A DNA stretch of 58,074 bases, filler included, from Sphacelaria rigidula (taxonomy: Eukaryota), in NCBI GenBank assembly GCA_964200075.2. It is 7 parts of 7 records of this genome, joined end to end, with 100 filler letters (N's around TTAATTAATTAA, not from the genome) between each part and the next. Parts side by side here need not be neighbours in the genome. Positions count along the whole stretch, not along the records: positions 41,555 to 49,764 come from CAXNAA020011909.1; positions 49,865 to 58,074 come from CAXNAA020011910.1; 5 more parts are not named here. The stretch is one strand, 5' to 3'. The notes beneath the pieces are model-generated. The model was given only the letters and a program-made list of their open reading frames with translations, ran no database searches and was not told the DNA's origin. This document shows, one piece after another, positions 48,771 through 58,074 of the stretch (the first letter of the stretch is position 1; every line of letters starts with the position of its first letter). A program made the position numbers and the translations under genes.

Positions 48771-49764
48771 TCAAACCAGTCGAAGGTCTACTTCCCACTG
48801 GTAGAGAGCTGTTGTTGACGTAATGTACTGTTTTTTGTTGTTGTTGTGTGTGTGTTTTTCCTCGAATGATTGAGGTCTTTTCAGGGAAAATGCGCCAAAA
48901 ATCTTGAAGATTTGATCAGTATTATAGCGCAATCCGAACGACGGCCACTTATACTCTGTTCCTAATTGCTCTGTGGGGGTGGTGAGATGATGATCATGGG
49001 TAGACACGAATGCTTTTTTTTTCCGTGGGGTTCACCAACACATTTATGTGTTCATTTTTTTTTCGCTTTCCCAACGGATGAGAGGACGGCAGGGGAAACG
49101 GGCTCATCGACCGTTCGTGTCGTTGTGTCTACGGGGCAAGGATACTGAGGGAAAATTTCCGCCCCGCCCGGGAAATGGCGAAGTTGTAGTGTTGTAGTTA
49201 TACCGTTTCTGAAACAGCGGATTGTTGTGCTTAGTGGCGTATGGAGAGTCGAGCATTTTCATGTACGATAGCGGTCTTTGGTTTGGTGTTGTTCATGTCT
49301 TACGCGAGTTGCAACTAGTCCAGGTTATCCGCCTCGGCTGTTGGGGAGGGGGGGGGGGGCTTACCGTTGGCGGGGTTTCTTACATTCATGGGGAACATGA
49401 CTTTACGATTGTTGGCGCTGCTCAACCCGTTTTGTATGTACCTTATTTATGTCTACGTGGGGGTACCATGAATCGTGGGAACTGACTGTGCCGCGCACGT
49501 TCCTTACAGTACAAGTATGAGAGTTTGTTCGACGGGTCTCGTTGTGTATGTCATGCGATCTCGCGTTACGCTTCCCGTTGGCTGGGCGACACGTTTACAG
49601 CACTACTGTGACGGGATAGTGAGGGAGGAGGTCTGGAGGGAGAAGGGACGAACAGGCAAGCAGGGCAAGCCGGGAAAACGGGGGGGGCGTACTCATTTGT
49701 TGCTTGCCCTAGTCGTTTGACCATTGACCACGCATCCCTTTCGAGACGGAGCACGGGGGGGGGG

Positions 49765-49864
49765 NNNNNNNNNNNNNNNNNNNNNNNNNNNNNNNNNNNN
49801 NNNNNNNNTTAATTAATTAANNNNNNNNNNNNNNNNNNNNNNNNNNNNNNNNNNNNNNNNNNNN
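49765..49864. other. Artificial contig linker
   Basis: N44-TTAATTAATTAA-N44. Confidence 0.99.
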
Positions 49865-49880
49865 GTGTGAGAAAAGATCT

Positions 49881-49962
49881 CAAATCCCTCCGGGAATCGA
49901 ACCCCACTACTCAACCGTCAGAAGGTTATGAGGTTACCAACTGAGCCACCGGGGCGACCGGC
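49881..49962 (-). mobile_element. tRNA-derived SINE head
   Basis: Minus strand reads GCCGGTCGCCCCGG-TGGCTCAGTTGGT (A box)...GGTTCGATTCCC (B box). No closable acceptor stem. Confidence 0.7.
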
Positions 49963-50512
49963 CCACGATACGAACCAATCACACCAAAATCAAGTAATTT
50001 CCAGACGAATCATTGATTCGTCCGACCCGTGGATGTATGTTACCTGCAGCTAGGACAGGGTGCGGGCGTTAAAATCCATCATTGTGCTTCAGCCGGTGCT
50101 CTCATGTTAAATCGGCATGGGGAAAACGTGAAGATTCCCCGAGGAGCCCTCGGATTGGAAAAAGCGAAACCTCCTCTCGACAGTCAAGTCCTTTCTACGG
50201 TCGCCCCTTTTTCTATTTCCCATCCATCTCTGCCGCGACTATGGCTATCAAAAGCCGCCGCGTACAAGCGCATGATCCCGCCTTTTTTTCTGAAAGTACA
50301 ACCTGGTATTCATTCACGGTACGTGGAAAATATATCCTTTCAACAGTCGTGCTTGCCAATCCGCGACATCAAAAGTGATTTCAAGAGGTTTCTGGTCGAA
50401 CATTGCTTCCGAAAATTATTTTGGCAACACAGCAACACGCGTGTTCCAGTACGCCTGGATTATGGCACGCGTGTAGAACTGCACAGCGGAACCACCAGCA
50501 TGCATGACACAC

Positions 50513-50683
50513 CTTTTGCTGAACAGCCCTAAACAAGGGGACAAGCTCCGTCTTGAGCACTTCGGAAACCTCCTTCAGTCTCTCCAGCGTCACGCCCCGT
50601 TCGAATTGGTCCACGCAGCCAGAGTAGGCGCTCCCAAGCTCTGGTCTGGTAACTTCAGCGACTTCCCTTTGGATGTCAAACAT
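50513..50683 (-). CDS. Peptidase M32 (carboxypeptidase Taq-like), exon 3 visible
   Basis: MFDIQREVAEVTRPELGSAYSGCVDQFERGVTLERLKEVSEVLKTELVPLF resembles the M32 YDALLDxYEPG(M/V)T..L region. 171 nt, CAG/GT flanks. Confidence 0.8.
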
Positions 50684-50809
50684 CTGTTGTATTGAGGGGG
50701 GTACGAGCAATGCACCGCTTCCCGTTAAGCAGCGAGTTGCAGCGCCCGTGGACTGGATCGGGAACAATCACAATCGCCAGGATTAGGCAGGGGAGCTACG
50801 TGTCTTGAT

Positions 50810-51140
50810 GAAGAGCGTTGTCGTACCCTGTGCCGAAGGATCTCCAAAGCGAGGCGTAATTTTCTCTCTTGTTATGTGGGGCAAGGATTGGCCGTGGCTC
50901 GGTGATAGGCAAGTGACCGAGCTCGTACGGAGCACAGCGAGTCGTCAGCCAGGGCTCATGAGGGGGCTCTATTATATCGAGCTCTTCCTGCCGGAGGACC
51001 CTGTTACCTAGGTCACCGGAGATTCATCTTCACAGATTTGAACGTTTCGAGTCCGCTCACGTATGTCACTGGCGGACCCCGTTCCTGTGACTGTTTCTCC
51101 GGTTTACATGTGTATTCCGGTCATCATTACGCCCATACAA
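50810..51140 (+). repeat. Intronic dispersed repeat, copy 1 (copy 2 at ~54395-54740)
   Basis: Shared CGTTGTCGTACCCTG, GGATCTCCA and ATTTGAACGTTTCG.GTCCGCTCA.GT.TGTCACTGGC.GACCCCGTTCCTG. Confidence 0.8.
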
Positions 51141-51589
51141 ACGTGGTTTCCACACAATTTGAATGAACAAAAAAGAGAAACTTGTCCACCGATGGTAGTA
51201 GTATTTTACGCACGTTCGTTCGTCGCCAAAAGAGTGTCTTATTCTACAAGACTATTCGGCCTTTCGATTCGAAGGGTTTCGGTCCAAGTTAGAGACATTC
51301 GTTACAAATATATATATATATATTCACCACGATGAAAAAGAGACCGTGTCAAAATCAAGATTTTTTTTTGTAGACAGACCAATGTGAGGTACTTACTGTA
51401 TCCATCCACACAAATTTAATCCAGCATTGTTTTGGCGTTGAACTGAGGCCAAGTTGCTATCCCACTCCACACCCACCCATTACGTTGCGCTACACTACAG
51501 TAGTAGTCCACTTCGCGCTTGACACCAACACTTAAAACGCGGAAGGTCGTGCCTGGGCCCTGGGCGGCGCTCTGTCTTTTCACGGGTGG

Positions 51590-51937
51590 CGGGGGGGGGG
51601 GGGCGTACTCATTTGTTGCTTGCCTCAGTCATTTGGCCGCTGACTACGCATCCTTTTCGAGACGGAGCACCATTTCTACTCCTAACAAGAGACACCTCCA
51701 ACATTTTGGCGCTCATTACGTTTCTTCTATACATTACGAGTACACTATACCCTTCACATGCCTTATCCTCTTCCTGTTTCGCCGTCTGTGACTGCCATGT
51801 ATCTCCTAGTGTGGCGACCGTTGTCTCGCTACTATTTAAGGTACCAAACGATTTCATGCCCAATTTTTTAACTTCCCACATTTCTCCCTCTAACACGCCC
51901 CGTCGGTGCGGGACGGGGGGGTGTACTCATGATCATA
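51590..51937 (-). mobile_element. Most complete copy of the high-copy unclassified repeat (both ATGAGTAC(A/G)CCCCCC modules)
   Basis: Joins the module seen at 12739/21873/33245/57970 to the module seen at 14340/49680. Confidence 0.65.
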
Positions 51938-52372
51938 CGTGGGGATTGAGATGCCTGGAAGATATGCCTGACTACGTGTGAGATTTGGGACATAGTCTGC
52001 ATTATTTAATTGATTGAGAAAGTGTCATACATGAGTTGATCAGCCTCGAACCAAGCCGTGGTCACAAGGTGGACATATCCCCCAAATACCAAATGAAAAA
52101 CACGTACACAATGCCCGGAGAGTAGGGTACAGTATAACGTGTGCATGGCAAGGGGTATTCTTCCCGTACGGTAGGTCTTCTATCTGTATCTCAACACGTG
52201 AAGGGTGTTAACATCTCATTTTTTTTCAATGCAAACGAATTTATATCAAACGACATAGGTAAACTCATCCACGTTGTGATAAAACGGACGCCACGGTCAC
52301 CTTGTTCCGGCCACCTGAGCCACTGAAATCACTATCGCGTCGCGCGTCAAACCAACACAGAGCAAAAACAAA

Positions 52373-52403
<31 letters not shown>

Positions 52404-52746
52404 TTTTCGTGGAATTGAGAGTAGAGGATACGATTGAAAGTGAAAAGCGGTCAATTAGCGAAAGAATCCTTTCAGTTCCTGAATATTCCTCCACGAAGCC
52501 CAACATGCTTTCTGTGGTAGCTGACCACTGAGTCCCTTGATATCCCTGAGTAGGACATCGACGCGTAGCTGTAAGGACATGCAAGTGATAGAGGCAAACA
52601 GAGACACCCCCCACATGAAAATTGGCGAAGTTAAAGCGAATGATCAAAGTCACTCTCAATCAGCGCTCTACTCACAATCTTACAAAACCGTCATTAATTG
52701 TGCTAGAGCGCTCACTCCTCGGTAACCCACCACCACAAGCACCAAC

Positions 52747-52935
52747 CTCCTGCATCACGGGGGCAATATCTCCCCAGCCTCCCTGACCGACCTCCATCCA
52801 CGCGGCATACGCCCTTGCCTCAACGTGTGCCTCTCTAGCGGCAAGATCCTGAGACTTCCTCGAACTATGGTTGTAGTCACGAAGGGCGTTGCGAACGACG
52901 GCAGCCTCTTGCTCCGCGAGGTCTAAGCTCGATGG
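52747..52935 (-). CDS. Peptidase M32, exon 2 visible
   Basis: PSSLDLAEQEAAVVRNALRDYNHSSRKSQDLAAREAHVEARAYAAWMEVGQGGWGDIAPVMQE. 189 nt, CTGCAG acceptor, GAG|GTTGGT donor. Not in the supplied ORF track. Confidence 0.8.
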
Positions 52936-54893
52936 CTGCAGGTATAAATGGAAGGTGGGGGGAACGGGGGTGCCGTGACGTATCTCAGGCGATGAAGTGG
53001 GAAATCGTCTAGACCTATCCTGTCAAACTTAGGTTGACATCAAGGCTGAACAGATGGTATCCATATCGTCTCCGACGTTCATGGGAGCTGGGGGCGGGAC
53101 CATGGCGCGTGGTAGATACGGTCTTACGTGGCGGGGGGAAACCTTTGCGGCTTATCTCGTAAATTCGCCAACTGAACAAAGTCTTGCAAAAACTAAATGT
53201 ACGTTTTCTTCCAAGATCTCGTGCTCACAAGAAAAAAACGACCAAAGAGGATGTCACACATGTGTAAATAATAAAATTGTTACGTCAGCCCTTTTTTCAA
53301 ACGGCGGAGTTTCATGATTGGAAGAAAAAAAAAAAAAGAGAGTGCCGTACGACAAAAGCTTTGGTGAGTCATGGAAGACTTGGTCATTGCCCAATCATGA
53401 CCAGGGTTTGATGAGGACTGGCAATGATGAAGAGGTCTTCCCCGCCCGTACCAGCTTGTAATACGGGAGGTATGTCCCGTTTCCGACTGTGAACCAGGTG
53501 CTGAGCTAACACAACAGAAGTCGTGCTGTACAACAAGGATCGAATGGAACGTCCAACATAGCAAAATGGGTGCTGGTTCTTTGGTGAATAAACACACTCA
53601 AATAAAAAATCAGCCAAGCGACCGCGTCGTGTCCGGGCATCCTAAAGACCCAGGGAGACAGGGAGACAGACAGAGCCTTCCAGTATATGCACAGCAGCCC
53701 CGAGACTAGCAGTTGCCTACACAAGTCTTGTTTTGGCGTGAACGCCTCCACCATTTCGAGAGCTACGGCGAAATTCCTGGGCAGAAAAATCACTGCCTGT
53801 GAAATTTTTTACTGAATGTGGCAGAATAAACGAAACAGCTCACCTGTTACTATGGCACACCACTGATTCATTCACTTCATCATGCCGCACTCAAGACACG
53901 AAAAAAAAAACTTTTTCCCGCCCACCTCTTTCAAGGCTTCATTGAAAGCTCGAAACAGGATTTCGCTGTCAGTGGTGGAAACCCCTACAAAACCCTGTCA
54001 AGTACACTCGTGACACTGTTATCGTCGTCCTCTGTGTATATACGCGTCAATATTTATTTGCCTTCAAACGTGGTGTGTATTCGGGCACTTCTTCTTTAGA
54101 TCGGCCGGCCTAGACAGAGATTTGGGCTACCGCATAATTTTACAAAGTTTGAAGAAAATCTACGGAGCCGTTACTGCTTCGAGCGTCACGTTGCTTTTCA
54201 TTTGCGATGCAGGGTGCCAGTCACTCCCACGACATCGTGGCACCTCTTCTGCATGTGTGGAAGGGCGTCGACAGAATCCTCTTCGTGAAACGTCTTCTTA
54301 TTCGGCGAAAACAAAACAAAGGTAATATATATACATATATGTACATGTGAACGAGGCTTCGCTAGGGGTGAGGCAGTAGAGTTACGGGTCCCGAAGAAGA
54401 ACGTTGTCGTACCCTGCTGCCGGAGGATCTCCAGAGCAATCGTCATTCTCTCTCTTGTCGTTTAGGCTAAGGATGCGGCCGTGACCGATGGTGACAAGGA
54501 GAAGAAGTTAACGAGGGGGTACAGTAGTACCGGCTACGTTCCACCAGGGTTCATGCGGTGACCCCGTTGTTTTGGGGTCTTGTACCGGAGGCCCTGCTGT
54601 GTTTGCCTAGGTTGCCCAAGGTCAAGTTTCACATATTTGAACGTTTCGGGTCCGCTCATGTGTGTCACTGGCAGACCCCGTTCCTGAGACGGTTTCTCGG
54701 GCTTACATGTGTATTTGGATGTCATTACGCTCATACATATGTGGTCTCGACATATATACATATATATATATATATATATCGTTCGCTGCAAAAAGTGACG
54801 CTCTGTGTTTTTTCTCCGCACGACTTGCTCGTTCCCATGGACAGTGATCCACGAAAGTGCTTGTCATGTCACCAAAACGATATAAACATTTGA

Positions 54894-54896
54894 ACA

Positions 54897-54938
<42 letters not shown>
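54894..54938. repeat. (CAA)n microsatellite
   Basis: Trinucleotide run in an M32 intron. A shorter run lies at ~52372-52401. Confidence 0.9.
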
Positions 54939-54974
54939 GGATGAAACAAAAGCACTGCTTGAAGACCCCGATAC

Positions 54975-55088
54975 CTCCTCGAACTTGCGAAGCACATCGC
55001 CGAGTTCGACCCTTTTCTCGTGCACGATCGCCGCAAGCGCAGTCTTTTGGTCCGCCCTAGATGCCGCTCCGCCGGGAGGCATCATCAC
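54975..55088 (-). CDS. Peptidase M32, exon 1 visible
   Basis: VMMPPGGAASRADQKTALAAIVHEKR matches the M32 N-terminal (WD)xxTxMPxGGxxxRxxQxxxLxxxxHE motif. 114 nt, TAG acceptor, GAG|GTAT donor. Confidence 0.85.
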
Positions 55089-56209
55089 CTAACGTGTAGC
55101 CGAACATGATAAAACACACACACATCAGAGACAAGGCACAGCGATATCACAGGAGGGAATATATACATGAACATGTGTCTAATTTAACCCCTCGAGAGAG
55201 TCATTTGGCGGTCTTTGTACATAGACATGGCGGCAAAACAGGTATACCTTAAATACTGTATTGTATGTGCGTTACACAGACATGGTATCCCAATAGTAAA
55301 CTATAATAAACGTTTTGGGACCAGATTCCCATTAAACCAGGGGCGAGGACCTTGTCTGCAAGCAGGGTCCATTCGTGATTCGGCATGATATTCAGTCGTT
55401 TTCAAGTGAAAATGATGCCGACGCATAACAGGCCTCCACCCTCGGAATGTCCACTCCGGTCCCCAAAGGAATCAAGACATTTTGTGAAAAGCGTGTTCCT
55501 ACTCTCCTGGGGTTCCGTGACCCCGATCTCCTACACACGAACTCCACGTGGGACTATGCAGCGTTCCGGGTGGGCGTGATGCACCCACGAGAGGATAAGA
55601 CCTCACGGCAAGCAACCTACGTCTCCTCTACACTTCAAGGCAAACCTAGATTCAACAAACACTGCACGGATACAGCCTGAGGAGTACTTGTAGCCGGTCT
55701 TCGGCGGGAGCTTACAGAGGGTCAACCAAACGACTGCACTACTGCAGGAACACTGATACTTCAGCAGTTATTTTCAGATTGCGGAGATGGTGAACATTGT
55801 GGATATGTGGTCCCTGCGCCGACCCCGCCGCTTCCCCGCCGCGCGTAGTATTCGAAGAAAATCCTTGTTCTTGGAAAGTATTGTCCTTGTGCTGAACGAC
55901 CGAATGATCAGGGCACAAGACATAAATCTGACAGAAAAAAATACGTCGGGATAGCTCATTTACGAGTGCGATCCGCGCCGTTACAGCGCTGGCTGTATGC
56001 TCACTAGTCTCCCGTTTGTTGCGTGTCCGTCACTGCGTAAATATATTTCCTCCTTACTTCTTCACCTGGTGTGACTGCCTTCGTACGCAAATCGACATCG
56101 GGTCGACGTTGGCATGAACGCCCAGCCTACCACGTGCGATTTGTGGGCCAGGTAGTCGAAGGACATGCTCCTACATTAAATTCACGCTCGTCGGTGAAGA
56201 AAGGTATAC

Positions 56210-56288
56210 TTACATATATATACATACATACATACATACATACATACATACATACATACATACATACATACATACATACATACATACA
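56210..56288. repeat. (TACA)n microsatellite
   Basis: About 17 perfect tetramer units from 56221. Confidence 0.95.
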
Positions 56289-57519
56289 CACGTGCGCGGC
56301 TGATCGACACAGAGTCCGATAGACAAAAAGGGGTACACACAAAGATGATGACATTTCTACACAGGATGTGACCTTTTGGAGGCGACATCTTCAGCTTCAT
56401 ATTTTGTCAAAGAAAACGAAACAACAATGTAATGTATACTGCCAACGCTGAAACAATGAGCATGAGGTCGCTGATCCCCCAAACTGAGGGGCTGAGCCAA
56501 CATGACAGTCACACGCAAGGAAAGAGAGGGACATCCACTTCATCGCGTGAGATGTATGATATGTCAATGACACCCCGTGCCGATGCTCCTCCGTGATGAC
56601 GGTAAGAAAATGAAACTGTCAGTCGTCTATTTCAAGGTATGAACGCTTGAAAAATATGCCGTCTTCGAAAAGGAAAACAGAATGCGAACATACAACTGTT
56701 TACGCAGATCGAGGGCTCACACTACCTTACACAGACTTACGCCTACACGGCGCACAACAGCAGCATCCCAATGAGTCGATGATTATCTGAGGCTCCAATG
56801 TAGGTTGACTATCAGCATGTGCCCCCCTGCTCCTTCGTCAGGTCGACGATCCGCTTGTGCCAATAAACTCCTGATTAGGGTTTGCGCGTCGCCACTCCCG
56901 CCATCCTTCTTCCTTCTACAGTTTCAAGTGGGGGTCCCCGCGCATCGTACGCGTCGCATAGACAATACTTGCCGTTTAGGCGGCAATTTCGATCTTACTT
57001 CCTTCGCTAGATACATGGCAAGACCAGGTATTCCTAGAAACCTTTTGTGCCACAAAGAGCACGCCCACGCTAGTAAATGCCCGGCTTATGGCCACGTAAC
57101 TGGCCGAAAACAGTCCCGTAACTAACTGTTTGTGATGACAAACGCCTTAGACATACACCCGATTTGGACGATTTTTCTCCCATGCTTGCACCCGAAAGTC
57201 TACGGTTAACTGAACCCGGCGGAAAATTGTTGAGCCTGCCTTCAGAAGTTACCAAGAAAACAAGAAGCGATATTTCCCCTCTCTTGCAACTGCGAGGAAA
57301 CAGCGATGGCCGTAGGATGTCGAGGTCTTCCGAAAAGGTTCACACGGTATAGAAGACCCCCGGAGCACGGAGCGTCTTCACGGATCTCTGAATCTCCGCA
57401 CGCCGTACGACTCCTCGTGCTTCGCGTGTCCAGCAAAAGTGGGGCTTCCGAGGTTGCTCCTGAAAAGACAACCCGTGCACGGACTTATAGGAGCCGGCAT
57501 CGCTGAAAGGGGAAGCTTT

Positions 57520-57730
57520 ACGGTTAGGACGAATCATCACGACTCAAAATCACCAAATTCACGATTTCTTGCCCAAAAGGGAGAAAAAAGTTCATCGCTG
57601 GTCCAAGGGATATCCACGCAACTTTTGCGCCGTTCCACGTGTCTGGGTTGCGTGTACCCGGGTTGCAACGCTGAAATAAAGCCTAGGGATTGATTCGTCA
57701 CGAGTCGATTCATCATACTAAAACCAAGTA
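57520..57730 (+). mobile_element. Copy of the hAT-like GGACGAATCA MITE (3' end truncated)
   Basis: CGGTTAGGACGAATCATCACG...CCAAAAGGGAGAAAAA...TAGGGATTGATTCGT...CTAAAACCAAGTA is colinear with 39436-39612. Confidence 0.75.
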
Positions 57731-58074
57731 CGGGTGACGCTGCCTCACATGTGGCTCACCATCTCAACACTACGCAGCAAGATCATACCCGTTTGGGCGA
57801 AAATGAGGTTCTCGCACCCCGCACATGATCTAACTCGATCACCATCATGGTTACAGGAAAAACAAAAATCAAGCGCGCGATAAAAAACGGTTATCTGATT
57901 GCCTAGCCTACTCGGTGAGTGGCGCGATCTACAGCGTCATCGCCAACCGACACCAACTCCATAGAGGACCCGTCCCTACAAAGTGGGGACGGAGCACGCC
58001 AGGTTTTCGCCGGACCAGGGGTTGGGGGAGGGGGTGTACTCATGATCATGCATGCCATAGTCGTAAGACCATTG

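Noticed and set aside
49881-49962. Functional tRNA gene
   Set aside because: A and B boxes are present but the acceptor stem does not pair; treated as a SINE head.
52300-52350. Minus-strand ARRDSDFS resembling the M32 'AR..NDFS' motif as an extra exon
   Set aside because: There is no AG acceptor in phase, and the equivalent region is already supplied by the 52935-52747 exon (WME...DIAPVMQE).
33245-58074. Kinase + EsV-1-7 protein + M32 peptidase as a functional gene cluster
   Set aside because: They sit on three different contigs joined only by length sorting.

Overview
Eukaryotic genomic DNA, most likely a brown alga (Phaeophyceae, Ectocarpus-like). The evidence is intron-rich genes, EsV-1-7 Cys/His repeats, TTAGGG tracts and recurring repeat families. 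The window is not one locus. It is seven contigs of almost identical length (1-8211, 8312-16522, 16623-24833, 24934-33144, 33245-41454, 41555-49764, 49865-58074; 8211 or 8210 bp each), joined by artificial 100-bp N44-TTAATTAATTAA-N44 linkers, i.e. a length-sorted concatenation, so adjacency across linkers is meaningless. Three partial multi-exon genes can be spliced in frame by hand: (i) a minus-strand TKL-type protein kinase with DFG changed to DYN and a ~100-aa insert in the N-lobe; (ii) a plus-strand low-complexity protein with an IQ-like motif, two EsV-1-7 repeats joined by a probable GC-AG intron, and a C-terminal BAH/SH3-like fold; (iii) a minus-strand M32 (Taq-type) carboxypeptidase. 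Also present: a Ty1/copia RT-RNaseH end with PPT and 3' LTR, a large unknown first exon, tRNA-derived SINE heads, Stowaway-like and hAT-like MITEs, foldback palindromes and minisatellites. The most unusual item is a ~296-bp A-tailed, TSD-flanked insertion with an empty paralogous site nearby, carrying a degenerate hammerhead-ribozyme-like fold. All calls come from manual reading; no searches were run.
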